A DNA stretch of 64,000 nt from Mytilus edulis. Taxonomy: Eukaryota. The translations under genes were made by a program, and so were the position numbers. The notes beneath the pieces are model-generated. The model saw only the letters and a program-made list of their open reading frames with translations. It was not told the DNA's origin and ran no database searches. The stretch spans positions 44,764,001 to 44,828,000 of the forward strand of contig NC_092350.1 in the NCBI RefSeq assembly GCF_963676685.1, read 5' to 3'. How positions within the stretch are numbered: the stretch's first letter is position 1; the number at the start of each line of letters is the position of its first letter. Shown here piece after piece: positions 39,303 to 53,230 of this stretch.

Positions 39303-39465
39303 AGAAGTAATTCACCTGCGCTTGATTTTATACTGATTTTACCACGGGTTAGCCCTTCGTGTCGATATTTTACCTTTCGCTGTTACTCGTGGTAAAACAT
39401 TAAGTATAAAGGGCCAAACCGTGGTAAAGTCAGTATAAATTCCAGCCCCCATGAATTATTTCTTA
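39303..39465. mobile_element. Small MITE/foldback
   Basis: 'tttatactgattttaccacgg..agccctt' pairs with 'aagggccaaaccgtggtaaagtcagtataaa'. Confidence 0.6.
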
Positions 39466-40904
39466 AATATCTATGTGTCTTTTGGTTGATGCTTTCGTCT
39501 AGATGCTGTCTTCTTCACGTTCACCCCACATCTCTTAATATTTGTACGCGGATTAGCCATATTAAGCTCCTAATTGACAACTTAAGAATGATTCAAATGA
39601 GATATTCTTAATTTGGAGGGCACTTAAATTAAAAAAAAATAACATAAAATTATTTTTAACCGCTACAAAATACATTAGCAGATGAAAATTAGATGACGTA
39701 GTAAGGTTGCCTAAGGAACAGAGACCAAAGGGACTAGGATGTTTACAACTAAAAACTTGTCGCTTTTACTGTATTATGTAATTTCACATATTTCATCTTG
39801 AAAAAAAAAAAAATACAAAAAAAAAAAAAAAAAAAGTCACCGTACAGTTTTTAATAGTGAGCAAAACCATACCACACAGTAAGCTATTTCAAATGCTTTG
39901 ACATGACAAAATGAAAAACAATTAAAAAAATAGATATGACAGCAACCAACGTATAACAAACTCATGGCTTAAGAAAGATTCATAAATTATATGGCAACTT
40001 AAACATATTTTCGAAGACTCCTTTCCTTAATCTGGAATGATAATTTTTTATACCGACATTATTACAAACAAAAAGCAGTTGGATATGCTTTGTCTATATG
40101 CCTTTTTGTGTTTCCTTGATACATATGACTTGGCACTGTACTTATACGTACCGTCATCATGTTATTATGCCAATGTTTATTTACCGTTTTTGTTTGATTT
40201 AATAGTGATTAAGATAGAAACATAATGTTGACTGCTTTACTCCTTTTTTTGACATTTATACCTATGTTGTCTTTTTGTTTTGTTCACACATCGTTGTCAA
40301 TATAATTGAATTGTATCCGACTTCCATTCAAGTGAGAGGTTTTGCTAGCTATAAAACCAGGTTCAATCCACTATTTTCTACATAAAAAATGCCTGTAATT
40401 ATTCAAGAATATGACAGTTGTTATCCATTTGTTTGATGTGTTTGAGCTTTTGATTTTGCATTTTGATTAAGAATTTTCCGTTTTGAATTTTACTCGAAAT
40501 TCAGTATTTTTTTAAAATTCCTTGTTTTTGAAATGGCTTTATTCATAAGTGCGGCTCGAAACACACACAAAAAACAACCAACACAACAAAACGTACCGAT
40601 TTAAGAGTACTCGCAGTTACTGAAAGCAAATTTAGAGTCAATTTCAATTATCTTACATAAACCATGTATTTCCAGAGTTAAATATCAATCCTGACGATTT
40701 TAGTGTAATTAACGTATCGATATGATACAGGACCAAAATTAATTACAAACAGAACTTTGCCGAAAAGTATCTTATAAGAATTCTCCATAACACTTTTGAA
40801 TTAAACGCGTTTCATAAATTGTGTATGAAAGTTTAAAATAACCTGACAAGTTTGTAAATTCATATATATTCAGGATATGTATTAATTTTTGGTATTGTAG
40901 AATA

Positions 40905-42596
40905 ATGGCAAGTAACTGGAGTGTTTGCGGGGTCTGTGATTATCGCCACATTACCAAGCCATCAGTTGTCTGGTGTTCTGAATGTGATGAAGGGCTTTGT
41001 GAAGAATGTAAAGATCATCATAGTATTTCTAAAGGAACAAGAAGTCATGGCACGGTGTCTATTGCCGAGTACCAGAAACTGCCAAACAAAGTATTACAAT
41101 TGGCACATTCTTGTAGTAGGCACAATGAGAAATATGTCCTCTTCTGTAAAAAGCATGACTGTCCGTGCTGCAAGAAATGTGTTGTTGACTCACACATTGA
41201 ATGTAAAGAATTGACCGATATCGATGATATTACACGAAACATCAAATCTTCAAATGCTTGTGTAGACATCGAACAGACCTTGTCAGAAATTGCCGAGAAT
41301 ATCAAAAGACTTCGAATAAACTGGGAAGAAAACTTGACGTCAATCGGGAAAAAGAGTAGATAAATTCACAAAGAAGTTTTAGAAAGTCGTGCTAGGATTA
41401 ATCGTCTTCTTGATAAACTTCAGGATACTATATTGAAAGATCTGAAAACGAGAGAAGAGGAAGAAAGTAACAAAATACGACAACTACTGAAGTCATTAAA
41501 CGACAAGGAAAAAGATATCACAGAATACCAAACAAATATTGCCAATATAAAGCAGTACGCATCAGACCTGCTAACGTTCCTCGCTTTGAAACATATAGAA
41601 AAAGATGTCGCGGTTGACGAAGCCTACATTCAATCAGTAGTAAAAAATTTGGGTGCGAATCAAATTGATTTTTCGTGCAAGATTAATCCCTCCTTACAAG
41701 ATTTAATATCTACCGTTCAGAAATTTGGAGATGTCGTGGTGACAGCAGATCCATGTAATGTCCTAATCCTGAAACATAAGGATAAACAAGCACAGATGAT
41801 GGTAGCTGTAACACCAATAACTATCGATAGCCTGAACCCTACATTGCTGCAGACCCTGGATACAAAGCTGACCTGTGTAACTGGATGTTCGTTTTTGCCT
41901 GATTGTAGGATGATATTTTCTTGCGCAATAGAACAGATGATAAGAGTTTATAAGCCAGATGGTTCTCTGGATTTTCATATTGGGAACTTATGTCCTGTAT
42001 TTGATGTGACACATATTATAGCAGAAAACGCGATTGCTTTGACATCTGGTTATCTCGAGGACTCACTTCAAATTAATTTGATTGACCTTAAAACACGGAA
42101 AGTAAAGAAAACATTGAAAATTAATGCAGTAAACAGTGGAATAGCATACAGTGAAGACAAGTTGATTTATTGTGCTGGGGAGAAAGGAATACAAATGATA
42201 AACCTTAATGATGAATCCATTGTTAATATTACTAAAACTAAAATGAGTTCATGGTCATACGTTGCATGTTTCGGAGAGAAAATTTTCTATACCGACTGTA
42301 ACGACGGTAGTGTAACCTGCATCGACTTTCAAGGGAACATACAATGGGTGTTTGAAAATAAAATGGTTCTTAGAAACCCATTTGGTATATCTGTAGATGG
42401 AGATGGAAATGTTTACGTAGTAGGAAGTAATAGGAACAATGTAATTGTTATCTCTCCCAACGGACAAAACATAAGACAGCTTCTTACTAGTAAGAATGGA
42501 CTAAAGTCGCCAATAGCGATACACGTTGATAGATCAAATTATAAAATGTTAGTCGCAAATTCAGGGAAACAAGCGTTCTTGTATGATCTTAAATAA
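40905..42596 (+). pseudogene. RING-less B-box/coiled-coil/NHL-like beta-propeller (TRIM-like) gene with one in-frame nonsense codon (TAA 41361-41363)
   Basis: ORFs 40905-41363 and 41433-42596 share a frame. Two B-box Cys/His clusters, a helical region and NHL-type repeats (PFGISVDGDGNVYV). Read-through length is 563 aa, in a single coding exon. Confidence 0.85.
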
Positions 42597-42944
42597 TTTC
42601 ATAACGAAGACGTGTTAAAATCAATACTGTATTAAATTTGAAAGTAGAAAATATTAACAATTTATCTGTATTTGTATATATTATAATTGTATATCATATA
42701 TATATTAATTCATATTGTTTTTAGTATGATTTTGAGGAATGAAGTATGAAATTGATAAATTGAATGCAGCATGACGATCTATAGTTTAAATCTTTGTCCC
42801 TTTGTACATGTTGTATTCGATGGAGATTACATTTTCTCATTGGCAATTGTACCACACTTTATTATTTAAGTGTGAGGCGTTCATTAAGTGTTATCTGCTA
42901 CTACTCAACTTGACCATACGCTGTCTTTATTTTGTAACTGAATT

Positions 42945-43795
42945 TTTGTCTTTTGTCCCCCACGCAACGCGTTATTGTGAACATAGAAATACCGGTCGGT
43001 GGTCAGTTTGGTGCGTCTATACGTCCGGTCTTGTTAGCGACTTCACATGTACAATGCTACCTAGAGTTTTGTAAAACTTATTTCAAAGGTTTATATCAGC
43101 AATGTCTCGAATGAATGCGGAAATCAGTGGCAATGAATCGTTTTTTTTAAAGAGTTCTGCCCCTTGGAAACATTAAATTTATAGAATATTGCATCGTTAG
43201 TTCTCTCATGAGTACAATTCTCGTCAGATTTTTATGACAGTTTTAGATTTATATCAGCGATGTTTCGGAGGAGTTCGATAATCGATGCCGATCAATTATT
43301 TTTTAAAAGAGTTCTGACGCTTAGTAATATTAATATGATTATGTATGTAAAATTGCATGTGTACCTTTCTTGTATGTTTTTTTTAAACTTATATCATAGG
43401 TTCATATTAATGATTGCTCGGTCGGACGCAATTGAGGATCAGTGTCGATCAACCATTTTTGAAGGAGTTGTGCTCCTTAGAAATATTCATTATATGGAAA
43501 TTTGCATTGTAAGCGCTATCACATGTACCATTTTCTGATAAAATTTTATCAAATGTATAACATCAGTAATTTCACGGACAATTTCACGGACAACTTCTAA
43601 AACAACTGCCGATCAAATATTTTAAATGAGTTATGCTCCTTAGAAATATCAAATATTTAGAAATTGCTCTGTCGTCTTAAACGCTTTAAGAAAATTTAAA
43701 AACGTTTTTAAAACAAACACATTATTTTTGTGAAGTATTGACATTGGACAGATAAAATATGCGAAACAAGAAGGGCATCGGAACTCTGTTCTTTT
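42945..43795 (+). mobile_element. Probable Helentron-associated non-autonomous element with internal degenerate ~160-bp tandem units
   Basis: Recurring 'ttatatcag..atgt.tcgga.gagtt' and 'gagtt.tg..ccttagaaa' blocks between a short 5' module and a T-rich end. Confidence 0.45.
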
Positions 43796-43864
43796 ATAAA
43801 TACTTAATTTCCAGCTGTAATACTTGACTATAGCAAAATCCTGCTTGTTATTTCGATTAAAACT

Positions 43865-45000
43865 CAAATTGAGAATGTAAATGGGGAATATGTCAAAGAG
43901 ACAACAACCTCCAAAAAGCAGACAAATGGGTCTTCAACTCAGCGAGAACATTTCGCCCTCGGAATAAAAATGAGTACTAGTTCATGGTCGTCAAACTAAA
44001 CTCCAATAACATGTAACTGAACTAAAAAAACACATACAAGACTAACAAAGACCAGAGACTCCAAACTTGGGACAGACGCAAATACAAGGCTTGATTAAAC
44101 ATGTTTTATGAATTCTCAATCCATATACCTCAATGTAGAATAAATAGGCACACAGCAATACGCACAGTAAAACTCAGTTTAAAAAAGTTCCTGTCCGATG
44201 TCAGAATAGACAAAACTAGAACTATTAACAAAATGACACGGTTACATAAATAAACTTAGGACTACTAGCAGTTACTATAGAAGAGGGACAAAAGATACCA
44301 GAGGGACAGTCAAACTCATAAATCGAAAATAAACTGACAACGCCATGGCTAAAAATGAAAAAAAGACAAACAGACAATAATAGTACACATGACACAACAT
44401 CGAAAACTAAAGAATAAGCAACACGAACCCCACAAAAAACTAGGGGTGATCTCAGGTGCTCCGGAAGGGTACTATCATGCACTCACCAGCTAGACCTGAT
44501 TTTAACGGATTGCAAGATTATGTCTTCATCATAAGAAAATCAAGTACAATCCCTTCCGTTAGGGGTTAAGTATTATACCATCATGAAATATATGAGAAAA
44601 TCATAAGCCGTAGCATGCCAACAACTGGTTTTATAATAAGTGTGATTATTTTCGATGCAAAGACACTATAAGTGAATATTAATGCCAAAATATGCAATCT
44701 TTAATGACCTGACAACAGTATCGTAACTATAATTCCTTTTGAATGAGTATGTTTAAAGATTTGGTTAGATTTTGAGATAAATAACCAACATTTATGTACA
44801 TTGAATTGAATATAATACCATACAAAATTGGATGTGAAATACCTGAACGTAGAGGATGTTTGGTTGTTGATTTATATTTGCGAATGATGTCCTAATATCG
44901 AAGATGAAATTTAGTAAATGTTTTGACTAGTTTGTGATATAAAAAACCTAGTTGTGATAATTTTTGAGTAATACAGAGATTTCTTTCGTTAAAACAAAAA
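43865..45000 (-). mobile_element. Decayed copy of the Penelope-like element, interrupted by a second repeat at ~44279-44470
   Basis: Colinear similarity to 48361-49370 (e.g. 'gccaaaatatgcaatctttaatgacctgacaacagtatcgtaactat'). Confidence 0.8.
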
Positions 45001-45819
45001 AAAAAAATGTTACATACACGAGTTTATGGAACAATTTGAAATATATAAACATCATAAGTTGGTTACAAGAGAACATCACCATCTTAAAATTGACAATTAA
45101 GAAAAGGAATTGAACAATTTATATATCCTTATTTAAAATTATTTGTCACAATTTATCAAATATTCCCGTATATACTCATTAAAACGAGCTAACGAAAGAT
45201 TTGATTTATGACAAAACAATAAACTAAAAACATATATTTAAGACTGTAACAAACGACAATCACCGAAATACACGCTCCTGACTTTGGACAAGTACAAAAT
45301 CATTGTAACGGGGTTAATCATGTGTTTGATAGCTAAACCCCCACCTGACATGAGACAATGATGTAACAGCATAACATAAGACCAATTTGTTTAAATCCTT
45401 AGTAAATTATTTTGTCTAATCAGATTGGTAAGAAGCACAAAAATAAAGGAAATAAAGACAAAAGTACTCGGAACCAACTAATTTTCGCGAGCAGAAAAAT
45501 AACGCAAACATGAATCGTCGCAAATATGTAATACTTGGATCTTTCCTAACTAAGATACTTCAAGTAAATCTAAAAATTAAAATGCCGCAAAGTTTGATTG
45601 AAAGGGCCTAAAGTGAATCAAAGTATCCGCGAACATATCTTTTTACAGTCTATGAGTACTCACAGCTATTGAAAATTAGTTTAAAGCCAAAAAAACAACT
45701 AATAGGTTCATAATGTTCTTCCAGTCTTAAGAGTTTTATTTCCCATATTGGTATAAAAAGCATCTCCCTTTCATAGTTATTTTTGTAAACAAATTAATGA
45801 AATCTAAAAGAAAGTTACG

Positions 45820-46125
45820 TCGTAACTACAATCTCCTTCCCTTTCCATTAATATGACCTACCAAATTAGACTATATACCAGGTTTGTAATAACATGAGCA
45901 ACACGACGTGTGTTACGTGTGGAGCAGGATTTTTATACCCTTCATGAGTATCTGAGATCACCCCAAGTTGTTGGTTGGCTTCATGTTGCTTATTCGTTTG
46001 TTTTCAATGTTGTGGCATGTGTACTATTATTTGTCTGTTTGTCTTTGTCTTTTTTTGCCATTGCGTTGTCAGTTTATTTTCGATCTATGAGTTTGAATGT
46101 CCCTCTTGGATCTTTCGCTGCTCTT
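45820..46125 (+). mobile_element. 3' fragment of a second Penelope-like family
   Basis: Inverted match to 44279-44470 and to ~52765-52930. Confidence 0.6.
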
Positions 46126-48360
46126 TGATATTGAATAGTGACAACGATTACATGAATAAAGGGAAAATTTCTCCGAAAAGATATCAATACGGTATTTTCT
46201 GTTAAAAAAACATTGTCGTGACTTAGATTAATTGCTTGATGCTTCTTTGACGGCGTCTTTGACGGCGTCTTTGACGGACCTTCTCGGCAGACAAAGACTT
46301 AAACATTATGTTTTGATTGCAAATCTCATTATATGTGAACTGGGAATCCCATATATACTCCAACATCATTTCAGAAAGAAAACAGGCAGTTTTGCTCAAT
46401 ATCAATTTAAATTTTTGATAAATATTAACCAAAAGGAAAATGTCTAACCCTGCTGAAAAATAAAATTTTAATCCCTACTTTCAAAAAGGGAGATTTACTC
46501 TTGCCTTCAAATTATATTTAGTTACAATAAGTAAATGAACAATTGGCAGTTAACTATCTTTGGTATAAGAGTAAATGAAAATTCTATCCTAAAACATTGC
46601 ACTTGAATAAACAATAAAAGATATTTTCTAATAATAGAATATGAAAAAATTTAGGTAATGAATTTATTGATTTGTCTAGTATTTTTAATGACTCTATCGA
46701 TCAAAACTTTATACACCTTATATTTATAGAATTTAGAGCAACCTTTAATTTCGTACTCGTATTAAAGTAAAATCGTTAGAAGTTTAATTTTTAACTATAC
46801 CTCGTGTACATAAGAAGGTGGTATAGAAAATAATGATCCTTCCTCGTGACTGTGAATCATCGAAGTATTGATATGATACGCATGGCCATATTATTACATG
46901 GTACCTCAACGTCGTTCGTGACAGAGAGCTCGAGATTAAAATACGGACCAAAATATGGTCTACCGTCGAAATAAATTGGGAAGATTGTGTCTGGTCGTTT
47001 AAGATTCTTCTAAATGTTAGTGCAAGCGATAGAAATCTGACAAAAAGTCTCTTCATTCCTATTTAGATTAATGTCGATATTCGCATATAAATACATGTCA
47101 TAAATAACAGAGTAAGTAAAATGCCTATCTATAGGAATTTAAACAAAATTCAAGTACTCGAAAAGCGTCTAGTGTTCGTACCAGCCGAAAAAGTAGCCAA
47201 CAATGGTGTGGTGATAATACTGAACTACTACATGAGAAACCTTAATAATGATATTATACTTTATACTACCAAGGTCAATTCAAAATTTTATTTACGTCTC
47301 ACCTTATGTATAAAATTACAAAATACATTTATGAAAGATGCATATTGTAAACATAAGCCAATCTTTACAGATTTATGAGAGACGATAATCAACGAAAACA
47401 ATATGTATGTGCATAATAAATATTAAACCTGAATGGTAAAATTATACAACAAAATTATTCAATTATTATTTACAATATAAAACTTCTCGGCGTCTTTCGT
47501 GCGCTACAAAGAGAGTCAATTCGTAAATAATCATCTCACTACCACATCAGACATGAGTTCTATTACACTGGCATGTAATTAATTAAATACAAATTGCATA
47601 GCAAAAATGATCAATTGCATTGATAACCATAACATATTTTTGAAATGAAATTAATTAAATTAAGATTACCTTTCTCAAGTAATTGATTAGACAACACATT
47701 ACATTTTATCATCATTTTATTAAACATATGTTATGAACAATATTTATATAGGATGTGTAAAATATGCATGACAACTATCAACACAGTTGAAGCATTGTAT
47801 TTGATCATGATTAGTTGTGCAAATGATGTGCAATTTAGCCTGCATCTCTCCGGTCGAACAACTATGCGAGAAATACCAACTAGTCTTTTGACATGAGCTG
47901 ATGTGGCAGGTATTGCTAGTGGCTTTCTGGCTTATATTGAAAGAAGAGGGAATTTGTTGCTATTGACTTGCCAATACATTAAGGGGGTTTCTAACATCTC
48001 CTTGCATGGTTCAGCTATGTAGTCATTAACTAAATATAAAGAAAAAACTAGTTTCTTATTTTTTATAATTTACAAATTTTGAAATATTCCCTTGTTACAA
48101 TATTGAAAATAACTGTAGTAAAAAATTAATATTTGCTATATTTTGCTGATAAGATAAATAACAGGTAATATAGACATTGTCCTTGGTTGTTTCATTAATC
48201 ATATTATTGTGATTTTATATTGCCATTTGTTGATAATTTTTATATCTATAAACCTTTTGTGTATACTAATTTGACAAAATGTTTGTTTGTAACGATATAG
48301 ATTTCTAAATCAAATGTCAAGATTATTCAAATATGTGTTCGCAGTTTCTTGGTCATACAT

Positions 48361-50462
48361 AAAATTGAGAAAGGAAATGGTGAATATGTCAAAGCGACAA
48401 CCACCCGACCATAGAGCAAACAACAGCCGAAGGCAACCAATGGGTCTTCAATGTAGCGAGAATTCCTGCACCCGTAGGTGTCCTTCAGCTGGCCCCTAAA
48501 ATATGCATAATAGTACAGTGATAATGGACGTCATACTAAACTCCGAATTATACACAAGAAACTAAAATTTAAAATCATACAAGACTAACAAAGGCCAGAG
48601 GCTCCTGACTTGGGACAGGCGCAAAATTGCGGCGGGGTTAAACATGTTTATGAGATCTCAACCCTCCCCCTATACCTCTAGCCAATGTAGAAAAGTAAAA
48701 GAATAACAATACGCACATTAAAATTCAGTTCAAGAGAAGTCCGAGTCTGATGTCAAAAGATGTAACAAAAGAAAATAAATAAAATGACAATAATACATAA
48801 ATAACAACAGACTACTAGCAGTTAACTGACATGCCAGCTCCAGACCTCAATTAAACTGATTGAAAGATTATGTCTTCATCATATGAATATCAGGTACAAT
48901 CCCCCCCGTTAGGGGTTTAGTATCATACTATCATAAAATATATGAGAAGAACATAACCCGTGTCATGCCAACAACTGTTTCTTTTAGAAATAAATGTGTT
49001 TAGTTCCGATGCAAAGACCCTATCAGTGAATCAATGTTAAAGCCAAAATATGCAATCTTTAATGACCTGACAACAGTATCGTAACTATATCCCCTTTTAA
49101 TAAGTCTATTTAAAGGTTTTGTTAGTTTCTGAGGAGAATACTGACATTTTTGTGCTTTATAAAGAATATTTCCATAAAATTTTGGATGTGAAATACCTGA
49201 ACGTATAAGATGTCTGCATGTTGAGTTATATTTACGAATTATTTCCTTATACCGGTGATAAAATTTAGTAAATGTTTTGACCAGTTTGTGATATCGAAAA
49301 CCCTGGTGTAATAATTTTTCAGTAATACATAAATTTCTCTCGCTAAAATCTAATACATTGTTACATACACGAGCGAATCGTACAAGTTGAGATATATAAA
49401 CACCATAAGATGGTGACAAGGGAACGTCACCATCTAAAAATGGATAATTAACAATAGGAAATGAAAAATCATCTCTTTTATCATAAATTTTTGTATTAAG
49501 CTTCCCGTTTATGATATAGATATCAAGATCGAGGAAAGGGCAGTGGTCATTGTTATCATTAGCTTTATTTAAAGTAAGTTCTACAGGATAAATTTCTTTA
49601 GTATACATACTGAAGTCGTCATTATTTAGAGCCAATATATCATCCAAATATCTAAAAGTATTGTTAAATTTTTGTATCAAATGTTGTTTTGATGGGTCTT
49701 TGCTAATTTTAGTCATAAATTGTAACTCATAACAATACAAAAACAGGTCCGCAATAAGTGGTGCACAGTTAGTCCCCATTGGAATTCCAATAACTTGACG
49801 ATATACGGAATCTCCAAAGCGAACAAAAATGTTATCAAGTAAAAATTCAAGTGCATAAATAGTATCAAAGCATGTCCAATTGACATAGTTCTTTTGTTTA
49901 TTGCTACTAAAAAATGATCTAAAAGAGTTTGAACATATGTACTCGCATTCCGACTTTTTAAATGCCCAGTTAATTAGGGATGTGAATTTTTTCTTAATAA
50001 GAATATGAGGCAAAGTGGTATATAGGGTAGAAAAATCAAAACTTTGAACAGATTCAAAATCACCAATATATGCATGCAATTTATCAAGTACTTCCAACGA
50101 GTTTTTGACACTCCAAAAGTAATTAATTCCACTATTTTCAAAGGCCTTATTTGAACAATTTATTATCAGGTTTTTTATTGTACCAAGTGTACTAGTAAGT
50201 AAAACAGACAATTTAGTAGTTGAACAATGGCTGGAAGATGAAATAAATCTATATTTGTAAGGTTTTTTGTGCAGCTTCGGAAGCCAGTACATAGTTGGGA
50301 CTTTCATTGTGTTTGGTTCTGCTTGTAAAGAAGTAGCTAAAAGTTTATGTTTGTTACAGATGTCGTTTTCTGAAAATGAAGTCAGTTGGAATGTTGGTGA
50401 ATTCGTGATTTCCTTTTGCAGAACCTCTATATAAAATTTACGTCAAACAATAATGATATTAT
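48361..50462 (-). mobile_element. 5'-truncated Penelope-like retroelement (probably Naiad-type)
   Basis: Uninterrupted RT ORF followed by a ~640-bp 3' region that also occurs as solo copies; no endonuclease C-terminal to the RT. Confidence 0.8.
49000..50307 (-). CDS. Reverse transcriptase of a Penelope-like element (N-terminally incomplete)
   Basis: Motifs YWLPKLHK, FDFSTLYT, YRQVIGIPMGTNCAP, FRYLDD, FLDL, YDKRDDF. Confidence 0.9.
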   Translation of the reverse strand: MKVPTMYWLPKLHKKPYKYRFISSSSHCSTTKLSVLLTSTLGTIKNLIINCSNKAFENSGINYFWSVKNSLEVLDKLHAYIGDFESVQSFDFSTLYTTLPHILIKKKFTSLINWAFKKSECEYICSNSFRSFFSSNKQKNYVNWTCFDTIYALEFLLDNIFVRFGDSVYRQVIGIPMGTNCAPLIADLFLYCYELQFMTKISKDPSKQHLIQKFNNTFRYLDDILALNNDDFSMYTKEIYPVELTLNKANDNNDHCPFLDLDIYIINGKLNTKIYDKRDDFSFPIVNYPFLDGDVPLSPSYGVYISQLVRFARVCNNVLDFSERNLCITEKLLHQGFRYHKLVKTFTKFYHRYKEIIRKYNSTCRHLIRSGISHPKFYGNILYKAQKCQYSPQKLTKPLNRLIKRGYSYDTVVRSLKIAYFGFNIDSLIGSLHRN

Positions 50463-50767
50463 ACATGTATAGTCTGGGCTTCTTTTTAAGAGGGTGATTA
50501 ATAACTAATCAACTGAGATAAATATGCATGTTAAAATAACAATATTTTTTGTGTAAAAAAACATATACCTGAAATTTTAATATGTATGAAAAACATATTA
50601 TTTTACAATCAACATTGATATAAATTCTTATCATTAACACCATAAAATTACAATTAATTTAGCATTACATGCTTTTTTCATAGTTATTAATTAAATTACC
50701 AGTACATGTAATTTAAAACAAAATGCTCATTTACACATTACATTCAATAACGCGGAATATTGTAATG

Positions 50768-51610
50768 CCTACCTACCTACCTAGTCCTTATTATGCCCAG
50801 AGGCACATATGATAAGGACTAGATCTTTCCACTCATCTCTGTTCTGTGCTTTCTTTTCTATTTTGACCCAGCTGATTCCATGTTCTTTCATTTCGGCTTC
50901 AACTGTTCTTCTCCAAGTTGCTTTTGGGCGTCGTTTCTTTCTTTTCTCCTCAGGTGTCAATCTTAGGGCGACTCTGTTCAAGTCCTCTGCTGGTCTTCTA
51001 CGAATATGGCCAATACATCTCCATATTTTTTTTGCTTTTATCAATAAAGTCTCCATGTTGTTGGGTCCTGTTGTTTCATGGAGGTCTTTGTTTGTGATCT
51101 TACGTGGCCAGAATATCCTTAAGATCTTTCTAATGCAACCGTTAAGAAAACTTGAGAGCTTGTTGCTGTCTTTTTCTGTCATTCTCCAGCATTCTGTCCC
51201 ATATAGCAGCACTGCTAGTGCACAATTGTTATATAGTCTAATTTTGGTGTTCTTACTGATGTTTGTAAATTTCCAGATGTGTCTTAGTTTTAAAAATGCA
51301 GTTCTTGCTTTTCCGATTCTACCTCTAATTTCTTTGAATGCTCCTCCTTCCGATGTTACCATGCTGCCTAAGTAAGTAAAGATGAAGTGATATCCAAGTG
51401 TGTCCCATCCAAATCCATTACAGGAGGCTAAGAGGCATGACTTCTGATTTCTTGATGTTGATATTCAGCCCAATCATACTTGCATTCTTTTGTTACTTAG
51501 TGGTTTTGTCTTGCATGTGTGTTTCTAGATGTGACAGTAAGTCCAGATTATCTGCATAGTCCAGATCTTCTAGGTAGCTATAGAGAGGCCATTCGATGCC
51601 TGTGTTGTTA
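50768..51610 (-). mobile_element. RTE-clade LINE 3' fragment, degenerate
   Basis: DLDYADNLDLL (decayed YADD), RIGKARTAF, LLYGTECW, RILRIFWP-like and WRRTVEAEM motifs; short (AGGT)n tail right after the stop. Confidence 0.85.
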
Positions 51611-52149
51611 CTTTTTTTTTTATCTTGACACTTCTTTTCCATTACGAAAATGTTTTCAATAAAGTTTTTCGAATTCATGTTTTGTGTCTGTATGTATGTG
51701 TAGCTTTGTTTTTTACAACACAAACCAAACCTGATATGTGCCGCTTACGTGAATGATTTTGTAATTTGCTGTATCAATAATTTAATCGAATATGCTGTTA
51801 ATTATAATAACACTTTAAAACATTAAATCTTTGTATTTATGGTGTAAATAACGTCTTTTTGTACTAAACATGTACTATTGACGGATGCTCGTCATTATTT
51901 TCCCTCTGTGAGCATCTGTAATTCCTTAGTGTTCTGTATCGCTTTGGACTACATCACATAGTAAAAAATATTATGATGACATTTTTGAGGTTCCAATTGG
52001 GGACGAAAACGTCGTATATACCACGGCAGTTTCCTGATTATATATATTCACATCTTGGTGTTGTTATCCAATCACAAAACTCGACACATGTGAATCCATA
52101 AAATAAACTAATAATTTAATGTTTCGAGATATCATATCAAAAAAGATAT

Positions 52150-52325
52150 AGTGTTACCGTAGCCGTATTTGGCACAACTTTGTGGAATTTTGGGTCCCAA
52201 ATGCTCTTCAACTTTGTGCTTCCTTGACTTTATTACTATTTAGATCTGAGCATCACTGATTAGCCTTTGAAGACGAAACGCGCGTTTGGCATATTAAATT
52301 ATAATCCTGGTACCTTTGATAACTG
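52150..52325 (+). mobile_element. Hammerhead-repeat copy with mutated core (CTGATTA)
   Basis: 'gagcatcactgattagcctttgaagacgaaacgcgcgtttggc' at ~52248-52290. Confidence 0.6.
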
Positions 52326-52764
52326 TTGGTAAACACTGTATCTATTGACGATGATGCAGTATCTATTTTTCCTGCGTACACAATGGATGAATAATTATTA
52401 TTAGGAAAAAATATCATAATAAACCGCTTCAGTGTTTGAATCGGAAACTGTTGTGGTGAGTGCTAATTGTAAAGTCGTACTGAAGTAGGAAAGGCATTCA
52501 TAAAAAATAGACAATAAAACAAAGTGAAAGTTAAATTCAACAACATTACAATGACGAATACATTGATTGAAAGATACATTGTGACGTTAAGAGTCATGTC
52601 AGCACACGGAATGGGCAGTTGATGATGACATTATCATGTATACATTGTATGAACATTTAAAGCAGGTAATACTGTTCCAAATTGTTGCTCTGTTGACCTT
52701 AAGGTTTATGAATGTATTCATGATTAAAAATTCTCATTAGTAGTCAAATATATTATAAATGAGA

Positions 52765-53230
52765 GATGACCGATACTAACGGAACTTTTAACATAAGTTA
52801 AAAACAAACCAACAACGCCAAGGCAAAATAACAGAACGATTGAAAAGAAAAAAATATAGTTTAAAAAACACAACATAGGAAACGAACCCCACCAAAATTA
52901 TAGGTTCTATCTCAGATGATTCAAAGGGTCGTATTGTACATGATAGTACACATCTCGTGGTAAGTCTAGATGCGTATGTCACATTCAGTGAAAAGAGGAA
53001 AGGATTGCGGTACGACTTTTGGACCATATACGTCGTTATTTGTGAAACATATATTCCGTAACGGTAAACAGCAAATGATGATGTCCGTTAACTTAGCAAA
53101 GGCATGATTTCAACTTTACCACTTGGTACTCTGGGTTTAATAGCTTCCTTGAGAGCAGAAACCCTCTTTAAAGGAAAAAATGCTAAATAATAAAACTAAA
53201 GAATATCGTATCAATGTACTCCATTAGCAA
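52765..53230 (-). mobile_element. Decayed Penelope-like RT 3' fragment
   Basis: Similar to 54690-54840 ('atgatttcaactt.accacttgg.act.t.ggtttaatagcttcctt'). Confidence 0.65.

Noticed and set aside
50809-51375. 188-aa plus-strand ORF
   Set aside because: Antisense shadow of the RTE fragment.
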